NCBI GenBank assembly: GCA_028867115.1
Contig: JAGWGY010000002.1
Location: 1-49,519 of the forward strand
Direction of reading: 5' to 3'
DNA from: Candidatus Micrarchaeota archaeon
GTDB lineage: Archaea > Micrarchaeota > Micrarchaeia > Micrarchaeales > CABMGC01
Length of the DNA: 49,519 bases
Below are positions 8,495 to 18,615 of the stretch, piece by piece. Position numbers and translations under genes: made by a program. Below the pieces are notes generated by a model that did not search any database, had not been told where the DNA came from, and saw nothing but the letters and a program-made list of their open reading frames with translations. Within the stretch, counting starts at the first letter, position 1. Each line of letters starts with the position of its first letter.

Positions 8495-10147
8495 ATGATG
8501 GAAAAAGAATGGATATTTTGGATAATTCTTATCGCGGTCATAGTGGTCGCATCGCTATACTACAGATTTTACAACACGCAGGCAATCGCGATGTCTGTCA
8601 GCATCAACAGCAGCGCAACATCCCAGACACTATATCCGTACCAGAAGGTGACCCTGCCGATAACAATACAGAACACCGGAAGCAGCCCTATAAACAGGCT
8701 GAATTTCGAGGTAAGCCAGAGCGGAAACACCAGCGTCGCCTATGAGATAACGCTCCCTCCGGGAAAGAGCGTCATAGTGCCTTACAACTTCACGCCTTCG
8801 CTGCCAGGCAACTACAACATCTCGGTCGTGGTTGACCCTGCAAAGCTCTACAACATAGTGGACAGGGGCTCATCGCAACCGAGCACGCTTGTCCATGTCA
8901 CGCCTGCCGCGCAGGCAGCGCCTTACTCGCTTCTGCCTTCTGCGAACGTCTCGCAGTACGGAAGCGCGAACATAAAGACATTCAACACAAGCCAGATAGG
9001 GCTTATAGGCAGCACCATACTCTTTGCGGATTATGGCATACAGAAGTTCGCGCCTGTGGGCCAGAACAACAGCTTCGTATACTCGATAGTCAACCTGACG
9101 GTACAGTACACGAGGAACATCTCTACTGCTTATGCATTCTACGACAACGGCTATTACGCATACTCGACATGGATGCGCGGCTACATTACGCCCGATGTGT
9201 TTGGGATTGCTGCGGCATCAAGAGGATACCAGACGTCCAATTATACGATTAACGGCAGCAGGGTCACGTTCGTCAGATTTTCCAACGTAACATCAGGATG
9301 CGCATGGTACCAGAAGGGATGGGTGGAGATGCTAGTGTACCATGGCCCTTCATGCATTGGAGTGGTAAACGGAACGATAAAGACGCTCACTGCGCCGGTG
9401 GGCAGCGTTAATTCCACAGCATACAACGGAATAAAGAGGATGCTGGGAAACTTCTCTTTGGCCAACTTCAGCCAGTACTGGAACGGCAACACCAGCTATT
9501 CCGCAATGACCCTGCTAAACGACGGGGAGATAGCGACTGTCGGCGTATCGCCTTACACGAGCAACAACATCTGCTTCGGTGAGATAAAACTGATAAACGG
9601 CACGAACTTCTGCAGCGCCTACATATTGCAGACAACCCAGGGGAACATACCCAAGATATCGCTTGTCAGGACATCTGCTTTCCTTGGCAAGAACAACCTG
9701 ACGGTGTATTCGCTGATAAACAGCTCTCGCTGGTACGATGCTCTTCCGGTCCAGGTTGGCATGATCTCATCGCTCAACCTTTCAGGGGCTTCGAAGTCTT
9801 TTGTTTCCGCGTACGGGAACACGTGCGCGCTCAATGCCTCGTTCGGATGCACGCTTAACGGGTTCTACAACGGCACTGCGGCACTGACAATTACAAACAA
9901 CCTCAACAGCAGCGTAAGCATCAGCGCCCTGAACTGCTTTACTACGCCACCTTGGAAACCCACAGCGCTTGCAAACCAGACAATTGCAGCCCATTCATCC
10001 GCCAACCTGACCGCAAAGTGCTATGAGCAGGGAGATCTGATATTCGGAGTCCCCGTGAACCTGCAGCTGCATATCTCGGCCAACTACACGGCAGGAGGCA
10101 GGAACTACCTTGTGTCTGGCAACGCGACCGCGAACCTGTTCTCGTAG
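8495..10147 (+). CDS. Membrane-anchored surface glycoprotein with CARDB/Ig-like domain
   Basis: N-terminal TM; ITIQNTG...PGNYNISVVVDP CARDB pattern; many N-x-S/T sequons; Cys-paired C-terminal domain. Confidence 0.75.
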   Translation: MMEKEWIFWIILIAVIVVASLYYRFYNTQAIAMSVSINSSATSQTLYPYQKVTLPITIQNTGSSPINRLNFEVSQSGNTSVAYEITLPPGKSVIVPYNFTPSLPGNYNISVVVDPAKLYNIVDRGSSQPSTLVHVTPAAQAAPYSLLPSANVSQYGSANIKTFNTSQIGLIGSTILFADYGIQKFAPVGQNNSFVYSIVNLTVQYTRNISTAYAFYDNGYYAYSTWMRGYITPDVFGIAAASRGYQTSNYTINGSRVTFVRFSNVTSGCAWYQKGWVEMLVYHGPSCIGVVNGTIKTLTAPVGSVNSTAYNGIKRMLGNFSLANFSQYWNGNTSYSAMTLLNDGEIATVGVSPYTSNNICFGEIKLINGTNFCSAYILQTTQGNIPKISLVRTSAFLGKNNLTVYSLINSSRWYDALPVQVGMISSLNLSGASKSFVSAYGNTCALNASFGCTLNGFYNGTAALTITNNLNSSVSISALNCFTTPPWKPTALANQTIAAHSSANLTAKCYEQGDLIFGVPVNLQLHISANYTAGGRNYLVSGNATANLFS

Positions 10148-12930
10148 TGGTTGGATTGAGCGATGCATACACGACCTTTCTAGAGGAGTTTGGCGAATTT
10201 ACAGAGATACAGAAGCTTTCAGTCCCAATAATAGAGCGGGGAAGCAACTGCATAATTACAGCCCCTCCTGGCAGCGGCAAGACGGAGGCGGCCCTCCTTC
10301 CAGTACTGAGCAGGATACAAAAAGAGGGAAACTCTGCGGTTGCTGCACTTTATATTACGCCGCTTCGTGCCCTAAACAGGGACCTCTTCAAGAGGCTAAA
10401 GGCGCTATGCGATAAGCTTGGAATAACGATTGATGTTCGCCATGGTGATACGCCCGTCGCGCAGAGGGCGCGCCAGTCGAAAAACCCTCCCCAGATCATA
10501 ATAACAACACCAGAGAGCGTGCAGAGCCTGCTAATGACAAAGACGCTCTACAAATCGCTAAAGAATCTCAGGGCAGTCGTAGTCGACGAGCTCCATGAGT
10601 TATACTACAACAAGCGTGGAGCGCAGCTTGCGGTAGCGCTTGAGAGGCTTGTGGAGGTATCTGGTGAATTCCAGCGGATAGGAGTCAGCGCCACTATAGG
10701 AGACATAAATTCTGCTGCTTACTTCTTGTGCGCTAGCAGGGCGTGCGACATAGTCGAGGCGAGGCAGAAAAAGAGCTTTGAGATAGAGATTGCCATGCCA
10801 AAGGCCCCGAAAAGGGAATATGCGCAATTTTCTGAGAAGTTCGGGCTTGACAGGCAGGCGCTTGCGAGGATAGAGTACATGGCGGACCAGATAAGCAGGT
10901 CAAAGGCGACCCTGCTGTTTGCCAACACTCGCCAGGTTGTAGAATCTTTGGGCAGCAAGCTCCTTTATTTTGAAAAGGAAGCAGGCTTCGGAGGCATAGG
11001 GGTGCATCACAGCTCGCTTGACAAGGAAGAGAGGATTGCAACAGAAAATGCATTCAAGGAAGGAAGGATAAGGAGCATAATTGCAACCAGCTCGCTCGAG
11101 CTTGGGATTGACATCGGCGCTGTGGACCTTGTTATCCAGTACGGCTCGCCAAGGCAGGTGACACGCCTTGTACAGAGGATAGGAAGGAGTGGCCATAGGG
11201 AGAAGCAGTCATCAAACGGGAAGATTGTTGTGGCCAGCGCGCTTGATGCGATTGAATCCGCTGCCATTGTTGCACTAAACAAGACTGGCAATCTTGAGAG
11301 GAGGGAGCTGCAGGAGAATGCTCTTGACGTGCTCATCAACCAACTCAGCGCTGTCGCGCTTGAATATGGTGAGTTTGACTCTGATTTCTTTTTCAGACTA
11401 ATCAGGAGGAGTTCGGGATACGCAAACCTAAGCCGTGAGGCGTTCGGCGCACTTGTAGCTTTTGCGCGCGAACAGAAGCTTGTCAGGACAGACGGGGATA
11501 GAATAAGCGTGGGAGGGAGGGCCCGTAGGTATGCTATCGAGAAAATAAGCGTGATACCCGATGCGACCAGGTTCACTGTGAAGAACGTCTCAAGCAATAG
11601 GATAATTGCAAACCTTGACGAGAATTTTGTCTACAATAATATCGAGGAGGGGACTACTTTTGTCACCAAGGGTCTTGTGTGGAGGGCCATTAGCATAGAA
11701 GAGCAGACGATCTTTGTAGAACCCAGCGTAGAGATTGACGCAGCGGTTCCGGATTGGGAAGGGGAGGACATTCCTGTTTCCTATGCAGTAGCGCAGCGCG
11801 CGTTCGGGTTCCTAAGCAAGCAGAGGCTATCAGAATTTAAGCAACTAGTTGAGGGCAACGCCTATTCCTCAATCGCGGGGCTTATCGAAGAGCAGGATAA
11901 GACCTTCCAGATAAACGATGAAACGCTTTACATAGAGGAGATGGACGATCGTGCGATAATCTATTCGGCACTAGGCAAATTGGGAAACGAGCTCTTTGCG
12001 AAAATTGTCAGCAGCATAGCCTCAGTGAACACCGGGAGGCGCATCTTCACAAGGGCGACACCTTATGCGGTGATAATCGAATATGAGGGGATGTCGAAAG
12101 TGCCGGACATAATGAAGATAATCGCGACATTCAAGGGATACGAACTGGAAAAGCTGCTACAGAGCGCGGAGTTTGTGATGAGCTTTGACATGTTCAGGTA
12201 CAGGTTCATCCAGGTCGCTAAGCTTTTTGGTGTTGTGGAGAAGAAGGCCACCATCACACGAAGCGTTGCGACAAGGCTGATGGAGTTCTACAGGGATTCC
12301 CCCATATTTGAGGAGACTATGAGGGACCTCGGAAGGAATTATTTTGACGTTGAGAGCGTCAGGAGGCTGCAACATGCACTGAAGGAGCGGACGATAAAGC
12401 CCGCCATATTCAGGAGCTATGGTTCTGCTATTTCCGGGGAGATACTCAAATCGGCTTATTTCTACAGGGAGCTGATGAACCCTCTCCTTCCAAACAGCGC
12501 CGAAGTTGAGCAGTTTGAGGAGGGGATACTTAGAAAGAGCGCAGAACTAATCTGCACTTATTGCGGATTTAGGTTTGCAAAGAAGCTCTCGGAGATAAAG
12601 GAGCATGAGCGGATAAAGTGCCCATCCTGCAAGAGCCCTATGGTTGCCGTCTATTCCGAGGGGTACGAGAAGGTCATAGAGAAGAGGAAGAATGACCATA
12701 GGATGACAAAGGGCGAACGCGAGGTTTATGCCGAGGCGCTGGGCAACGCGAGCCTCGTTGAGGCTTACGGTCTGCGCGCGCTGATTGCGCTTGCAACATA
12801 TGGCGTCGGGGCGAAAACTGCTGCGAGAGTCCTCAGGATGCTTAGGAAGGACGTGCGGCATTTCCTGATAGACCTGATAAATGCCCAGAAGCAGTTTGTC
12901 AAGACGAAGAAGTACTGGGTTGGAAGGTAA
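10147..12930 (+). CDS. lhr: Lhr-family SF2 helicase with C-terminal Zn ribbon
   Basis: PPGSGKT, TPLRALNRD, DELH, SAT, SSLELGID, QRIGRSGH, PDWEGE, CTYC...CPSC. Confidence 0.93.
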   Translation: MVGLSDAYTTFLEEFGEFTEIQKLSVPIIERGSNCIITAPPGSGKTEAALLPVLSRIQKEGNSAVAALYITPLRALNRDLFKRLKALCDKLGITIDVRHGDTPVAQRARQSKNPPQIIITTPESVQSLLMTKTLYKSLKNLRAVVVDELHELYYNKRGAQLAVALERLVEVSGEFQRIGVSATIGDINSAAYFLCASRACDIVEARQKKSFEIEIAMPKAPKREYAQFSEKFGLDRQALARIEYMADQISRSKATLLFANTRQVVESLGSKLLYFEKEAGFGGIGVHHSSLDKEERIATENAFKEGRIRSIIATSSLELGIDIGAVDLVIQYGSPRQVTRLVQRIGRSGHREKQSSNGKIVVASALDAIESAAIVALNKTGNLERRELQENALDVLINQLSAVALEYGEFDSDFFFRLIRRSSGYANLSREAFGALVAFAREQKLVRTDGDRISVGGRARRYAIEKISVIPDATRFTVKNVSSNRIIANLDENFVYNNIEEGTTFVTKGLVWRAISIEEQTIFVEPSVEIDAAVPDWEGEDIPVSYAVAQRAFGFLSKQRLSEFKQLVEGNAYSSIAGLIEEQDKTFQINDETLYIEEMDDRAIIYSALGKLGNELFAKIVSSIASVNTGRRIFTRATPYAVIIEYEGMSKVPDIMKIIATFKGYELEKLLQSAEFVMSFDMFRYRFIQVAKLFGVVEKKATITRSVATRLMEFYRDSPIFEETMRDLGRNYFDVESVRRLQHALKERTIKPAIFRSYGSAISGEILKSAYFYRELMNPLLPNSAEVEQFEEGILRKSAELICTYCGFRFAKKLSEIKEHERIKCPSCKSPMVAVYSEGYEKVIEKRKNDHRMTKGEREVYAEALGNASLVEAYGLRALIALATYGVGAKTAARVLRMLRKDVRHFLIDLINAQKQFVKTKKYWVGR

Positions 12931-12932
12931 TT

Positions 12933-13568
12933 CTATTTTCTGTTATTCCATTCCACTTTTTTGAGCAGCTCCCAAACCTGCATTATCTCCCTGTGCACTG
13001 CGTCCGGTTCCTGGTTGCCGTTTATCCTGTGCCATATCTGCTTGTACTTCTTCGATAATGCATCGTATGCCTTCTCGAGAACCTTCAGGTTCTCAAGGTT
13101 ATCGTATCTCCTAAGTGCATTCCCCCGCTTCTTTATCCTTTCTACTGCCACGTCTGGAGGGACGCTTATGTAGAAGATTGCATCAGGCAGGGGGAGCTTG
13201 CTATGGATGTTTGATATCCATTCAATATCAGCATAGGGTGGAGGGGCGAACGCAAACATGTGGGCTGCGGTAGACATCCAGTTTCTGTCACTTATTACAG
13301 TAGTGCCATCCTTTAGTTTTGGTATTATGACTTTCGCAAACTGCTCGAATCTCGATGCCACAAAAAGGAGCTGCAGTGATGTTGTATCAAGGGGCCTCTT
13401 GGTGTTCACAAGCTCGAGCTTTATGAACTTTCCGATGCTGCTCTCATAATCCGGCTCTTTTACCAGCATGCATTTCTCATCGGATTTGCGCAAGGCATCA
13501 TAATAGAGCTCTATCTGGGTACTCTTGCCGCACCCTTCCCGCCCCTCGAAGACAACGTATTTTCCCAT
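12933..13568 (-). CDS. tmk: Thymidylate kinase
   Basis: FEGREGCGKST P-loop, KEP, LLFVASR, SDR motifs. Confidence 0.93.
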   Translation of the reverse strand: MGKYVVFEGREGCGKSTQIELYYDALRKSDEKCMLVKEPDYESSIGKFIKLELVNTKRPLDTTSLQLLFVASRFEQFAKVIIPKLKDGTTVISDRNWMSTAAHMFAFAPPPYADIEWISNIHSKLPLPDAIFYISVPPDVAVERIKKRGNALRRYDNLENLKVLEKAYDALSKKYKQIWHRINGNQEPDAVHREIMQVWELLKKVEWNNRK

Positions 13569-13683
13569 GCCCCCAACTAAAGAAGCTGTTTGTCCCTTGG
13601 TATAAATACATTCGCCATATTTTTGTCAGTTTAGGCAAAGATCTGTAGAAAAATTTCTTAAACTGTTGCAGAGGATTAACTTC

Positions 13684-14097
13684 ATGGAAGGCGCAAAAAG
13701 GGCCAGGATACTGGTTGCAAAGCTGGGATTGGACGGCCACGACCGCGGGGTGCTTGTGTTATGCAAGGCATTTCGGGAAGCAGGGATGGAAGTCATATAC
13801 ACCGGCCTTTTTGCCACGCCTGCGAGGGTGGCGCAGATTGCTGAGGATGAGGATGTTGATGCCGTGGCGATGAGCCTTCTGAACAACGCGCACATGACCC
13901 TATTTCCCAGGGTGGTTGAGGAATTGAGAAGGAAAGGCATGGAGGATGTTGTCATTTTAGGAGGGGGTACGATACCAGAGGAGGACAAGAAGGCGCTCGA
14001 GAAGCAGGGTGTGATTGGCAACTTTGTCTCAGGGGCGCCATTGCAGGAAATCGTGAGGTTCACAGAATCTGCAATCGCTGCAAAAAGAAAGTGTTAG
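13684..14097 (+). CDS. Cobalamin-binding subunit of a methylmalonyl-CoA-mutase-like enzyme
   Basis: KLGLDGHDRG (DxHxxG), GMEVIYTG, GGGTIP. Confidence 0.9.
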   Translation: MEGAKRARILVAKLGLDGHDRGVLVLCKAFREAGMEVIYTGLFATPARVAQIAEDEDVDAVAMSLLNNAHMTLFPRVVEELRRKGMEDVVILGGGTIPEEDKKALEKQGVIGNFVSGAPLQEIVRFTESAIAAKRKC

Positions 14098-16550
14098 GCG
14101 GCTGGTCCTGGCGGTACACTAGGGTTCTCTACTGATTCCTCTGCATCAGAAATCGTCCTCGCGTCAACGACCTTTGCACCAGGTTCGACTCGCATAAGCC
14201 TCACTCCCGAAGCTGCTCTGCCCGTTATCCTTATCGAGTCCGCCTCGAACTTTATTGTGACCCCTCTTGAGTTTATCAGTAGCACCTTTGACTTCCCGAA
14301 AACGAAAAGTGATTTTGCGATGTTCCCAGTCTTTGGGGAAACCTTGAGGTTTATTATGCCGCTGCCGCTTCGGTTCTGGTCGCGGTACTCGCTGATCTCC
14401 GTTAGCTTTCCATATCCGTTCTCAGTAACGGTAAGAAGATAGCCGTTCTCCTCGACAGGGATTATGTCCTTTGCAACGTCATCCAGACCAAGCCTTATGC
14501 CGCGCACTCCCATGCCTGCTCGGCCTATGGGTCTCACAAGCGACTCGTCAAACTTTATCGACTTGCCCTTCCTAGTTGTTATCATCAGGTATTTCTGGCT
14601 TGTATAGACCTGCACATCTGCTATCGAGTCGCCCTGGTTCAGGCTTATTGCCCTCACTCCGGTAATCCTTGGGTGGGAGAATAGGTGCGCATCTGTCTTC
14701 TTTATTAGCCCGTGGGTTGTCAGGAACATTATCTTGGCGTTCTCGAAGTTCTTTATCCCCATTATCGTAACAATCTTCTCGCCTTTGAGATCGAGAAGGT
14801 TTACCATGGCCTTCCCTTCCGCATACCTGCTTGCCTCCGGGACCATGTACGCCTTGAGCCAGTACGCCCTTCCCTTGTCGGATATGCATAGGAGGTAGTC
14901 CTTTGCCTTGCACGATATTATCTGCTTTACAAAGTCGCCCTCCTTAAGGTTTATCGCAATCACTCCCCTCCCTCCCCTTGCCTGCTCCTTGTATGTTGCA
15001 AGGGGCATGCGCTTGACATACCCGGTATTGGTGAATATCACGGAGATCTTGTCATCTGCAATGAGGTCCTCGTCGGTTATGTCAGAGCTGCCGTCATGCT
15101 GCATTAGCTTTGTCCTCCTTGGCCTTCCATACGCCTTCTTAATTTCAAGGGTCTCGGTCTTTATTATCGAATCAACTTTTGAAGGGTCTGCGAGGATCTC
15201 GGTGTAGTATCTTATCTTTCCCTCGAGCTCTCCTTTCTCGCCAGTAAGCGAATCGAACTCCAGCGAGGTGAGCTTGCTCAGCCTCATCTCCAGTATTGCA
15301 TTCGCCTGCTTCTCAGACAGTGAGTATGAGGCCATAAGCGCATGCCTTGCCGCCGCGACTTCCTTGCTCTGCCTTATCTCGCGCACTATCTGGTCGATGT
15401 TGTTTATTGCTACAATGAGCCCTTCAACTATGTGGTGCCTGTCCCTTGCAACATTGAGCTCGAATGTGCACCTCTTGCGCACGACGTCCCTCCTGTGGCC
15501 TATGAACGTCGTAAGAAGCTGCACAATATTGAAGTTTCGCAGCCTCTTGCCCTCCACTGCAAGATTGATTATGGGGAATGTTGTCTCGAGCTGGGTGTGC
15601 TTGTATAGGGAATTGAGCATTACCTCGCCATGGACGTCGCCCCTAAGCTCTATCACTACGCGTATGCCCTCCTTGTCGCTCTCATCGCGTATGTCGGTTA
15701 TCCCTATAATCCTCTTATCCTTCACAAGGGATGCGATATTCTGTATCAGCGCTGATTTGTTGACGTTGTATGGCAGCTCCTTTATGATTATCCTGTTCTC
15801 TTCGGCATCAATCTCCGCTTCGGCCCGGATTGTAACCTGGCCCCTCCCGTACTTGTAGCCGTTGTAAGTGTTCTCAGACATCATTGCTATCCCGCCTGTC
15901 GGGAAGTCTGGCCCCTTTATTATCTCGAGCACATCCTGTGTCGTTATCCCTGGCGAGTCAAGCATTTTTACTATCGCATCGCACACCTCGTTTAGGTTGT
16001 GCGGGGGTATGCTGGTTGCGACCCCTACCGCAATCCCGTATGCACCGTTAACAAGCAGGTTAGGCACTTTTGAAGGGAGCAGCTCCGGCTCCTTTTCGGT
16101 GTTGTCGTAGTTTGGTACCATGCTGACAGTTTCCTTGTCTAGGTCCGCGAGCATCTCCTCTGCGAGCTTCCTGAGCCTTACTTCAGTGTACCTCTGAGCT
16201 GCTGGGGGGTCGCCGTCCACGCTTCCCATGTTTCCCTGACCCTCCACCAGAAGGTGGTTCATTGAGAAGTCCTGGGCCATCCTCACAAGAGACTCGTATA
16301 TCGCGGAGTCTCCGTGCGGGTGCAGGTGACCCATGCAGTCCCCGACGATCTTCGCGCTCTTCTTGGTAGGCTGGTTGTGGAGGTTGTTAAGGTTATACAT
16401 GGTGTAGAGTATTCTCCTCTGCACCGGCTTGAGCCCGTCGCGTGCGTCTGGAATGGCCCTTCCTATTATGACGCTCATCGCGTAGTCTATGTAGCTTGAC
16501 TGCAGCTCGCCTTCCAGCTCTACGGGGTTTATTTTGCCCATGATGACCAT
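14094..16550 (-). CDS. gyrA: DNA gyrase subunit A
   Basis: RDGLKPVQRR, HPHGDS, AAQRYTE catalytic Tyr, GyrA-box QARGGRG, beta-pinwheel repeats. Confidence 0.97.
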   Translation of the reverse strand: MVIMGKINPVELEGELQSSYIDYAMSVIIGRAIPDARDGLKPVQRRILYTMYNLNNLHNQPTKKSAKIVGDCMGHLHPHGDSAIYESLVRMAQDFSMNHLLVEGQGNMGSVDGDPPAAQRYTEVRLRKLAEEMLADLDKETVSMVPNYDNTEKEPELLPSKVPNLLVNGAYGIAVGVATSIPPHNLNEVCDAIVKMLDSPGITTQDVLEIIKGPDFPTGGIAMMSENTYNGYKYGRGQVTIRAEAEIDAEENRIIIKELPYNVNKSALIQNIASLVKDKRIIGITDIRDESDKEGIRVVIELRGDVHGEVMLNSLYKHTQLETTFPIINLAVEGKRLRNFNIVQLLTTFIGHRRDVVRKRCTFELNVARDRHHIVEGLIVAINNIDQIVREIRQSKEVAAARHALMASYSLSEKQANAILEMRLSKLTSLEFDSLTGEKGELEGKIRYYTEILADPSKVDSIIKTETLEIKKAYGRPRRTKLMQHDGSSDITDEDLIADDKISVIFTNTGYVKRMPLATYKEQARGGRGVIAINLKEGDFVKQIISCKAKDYLLCISDKGRAYWLKAYMVPEASRYAEGKAMVNLLDLKGEKIVTIMGIKNFENAKIMFLTTHGLIKKTDAHLFSHPRITGVRAISLNQGDSIADVQVYTSQKYLMITTRKGKSIKFDESLVRPIGRAGMGVRGIRLGLDDVAKDIIPVEENGYLLTVTENGYGKLTEISEYRDQNRSGSGIINLKVSPKTGNIAKSLFVFGKSKVLLINSRGVTIKFEADSIRITGRAASGVRLMRVEPGAKVVDARTISDAEESVENPSVPPGPAA

Positions 16551-18464
16551 CTATATATCCAGGAATGTTACCTCTGTTGCGTGCTCTTCTAGGAACTTCC
16601 TCCTCTTGCCGACGTCTATCCCCATCAGTATGGTAAAGAGTTCGTCAGCCTTCTTTGCGTCTGTTATCATTATCTGCTTGAGCATTCTGTTCTCCGGATC
16701 CATTGTCGTCTCCCATAGCTGGTCGGGATTCATCTCCCCAAGACCCTTGTACCTCTGCACCGCCGCCTTTCCATCATGCTGCTGCAGCTTTGCGTTCAGC
16801 TCCGAATCAGAGTAGCAGTAGCTTAGTTCCTTTCCTTTCGTAACCTTGTATAGGGGCGGCTGCGCGACGTAGACGTACCCGCGCTCTATCACAGGCTTGA
16901 GATAGCGGTACAGGAATGTGAGGAGCAGCGTCCTGATGTGGCTGCCGTCCACGTCTGCATCGCTCATGATTATGATCTTTTTGTACCTTACCTTATCGGG
17001 GTTGAGTGTCTCCTTTATTCCTGCGCCGAATGCCGCAACCATTGCATGAATCTCGGCGTTATCGAATATCTTCTCCACGCTCGCCTTCTCTACGTTTAGT
17101 ATCTTCCCCCTCAGCGGCAGTATCGCCTGGAAGTTCTTGTTCCTGCCCTGCTTGCTCGAGCCACCTGCGCTCTCTCCCTCGACTATGAAAATCTCCGCTT
17201 TCTCTGGGTCCCCCTCTATACAGTCTGCGAGCTTTCCCGGCAGGACCGAGCTCTCGAATATGCTTCGCTTTCTCACCATCTCCCTTGCCTTTCTCGAAGC
17301 TTCGCGCGCCACTGCCGCGTTGATGACCTTTTCGGAGATTATTCTGGCATCGGCGGGGTGCTCTTCCAGGTATCTTGAGAGGCTGGAGTATACCGCGTTC
17401 TCAACAATCCCTTTCACTACCATGTTCCCGAGCTTCTCCTTTGTCTGGCCCTCGAACTCGGGGTTGGGCATCAGTACATTTATCACCGCTGTAAGCCCTT
17501 CCCTCACGTCGTCTCCCCCTACCTTTGTCTCCCTCTTGTCAAGGGCGCCTGATTTTGTTATGTAGTTTGTTATCGCCCTTGAGAATGCCGATCTGAACCC
17601 GATTACGTGCGTACCCCCTTCCGAGGTCCTGATGTTGTTCACAAATGATTCGACCTTCTCGTCATACTCCTTGTTGTACTGCACCGCTACTTCCACGGTT
17701 ATGCCCTCGGCCTGCTTCTTGAAGTGCATGACAGGAGTGATGGTTTCTATCCCGCCGTTTAGGTATGTAACAAAATCTGATATCCCGTGCTGCGAGAAGA
17801 ATTCGTTCTCCTCCGCAGGCGCTGCGCGCTCGTCCCTGAAAATTATTCTAAGGCCAGGGTTGAGAAAAGAGGTGTACCTGAGCCGGTCCTTTAGGGCCTC
17901 GGCATCGAAGTGAGGGGTCACGAAGATTTCAGGGTCTGGTTTGAACCTTATTGTTGTGCCCCTGTCTTTTGTCTCGCCCACCTCCTTGAGGGAGGATGTT
18001 GGTGCGCCCTTGCTGAACGCCATGTTGTACTCTTTCCCGTTCTTTTTTACCGTCACTTCTGTGAATTCGGATAACGAGTTTATCACTGTCAGGCCCACGC
18101 CGTGGAGCCCTCCCGCTGTCTTGTAAACATCGTTGTTGAACTTCCCGCCTGAGTGAAGTGATGTCATTATTACCTCCAGTGCAGGCTTGTTGTACTTGGG
18201 CATTATGTCTATCGGGATGCCTCTGCCGTCATCGGTAAGTTCTGCTATCTCGCCCGTACCATTCTGGGAGAGCCGTATCCTTATGGTCTTGCAGTGCCCT
18301 GCCATCGCCTCGTCGACCGCATTGTCGAGCGCCTCAAAAAGAAGGTGCAGCACGCCGCTTGGGCCTGTCGACCCTATGTACATTGCAGGCCTTTTTCTTA
18401 TTCCGAGTGGACCTTCAAGCACCACGATTTTTGATGCGTTATACTCATCTTCCACTCCTTCCAT
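16551..18464 (-). CDS. gyrB: DNA gyrase subunit B
   Basis: RKRPAMYIG, DDGRGIP, GGLHGVG, VEGESA, PLRGK, DADVDG, RYKGLGEMN. Confidence 0.97.
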   Translation of the reverse strand: MEGVEDEYNASKIVVLEGPLGIRKRPAMYIGSTGPSGVLHLLFEALDNAVDEAMAGHCKTIRIRLSQNGTGEIAELTDDGRGIPIDIMPKYNKPALEVIMTSLHSGGKFNNDVYKTAGGLHGVGLTVINSLSEFTEVTVKKNGKEYNMAFSKGAPTSSLKEVGETKDRGTTIRFKPDPEIFVTPHFDAEALKDRLRYTSFLNPGLRIIFRDERAAPAEENEFFSQHGISDFVTYLNGGIETITPVMHFKKQAEGITVEVAVQYNKEYDEKVESFVNNIRTSEGGTHVIGFRSAFSRAITNYITKSGALDKRETKVGGDDVREGLTAVINVLMPNPEFEGQTKEKLGNMVVKGIVENAVYSSLSRYLEEHPADARIISEKVINAAVAREASRKAREMVRKRSIFESSVLPGKLADCIEGDPEKAEIFIVEGESAGGSSKQGRNKNFQAILPLRGKILNVEKASVEKIFDNAEIHAMVAAFGAGIKETLNPDKVRYKKIIIMSDADVDGSHIRTLLLTFLYRYLKPVIERGYVYVAQPPLYKVTKGKELSYCYSDSELNAKLQQHDGKAAVQRYKGLGEMNPDQLWETTMDPENRMLKQIMITDAKKADELFTILMGIDVGKRRKFLEEHATEVTFLDI

Positions 18465-18615
18465 AGAAACCAGCGGGTCTCCCCTTTCATTATATTGCGA
18501 TTTAACCCTTATAAACCTTTTGAGGCTGTTTTGTCGTCGTAAAATTGCCCTCGGATAAGCGCTAGCGCAACGTGTTGTTATAAGAAGTTTTACAACTTAG
18601 TTATAGCGTGTTTTG

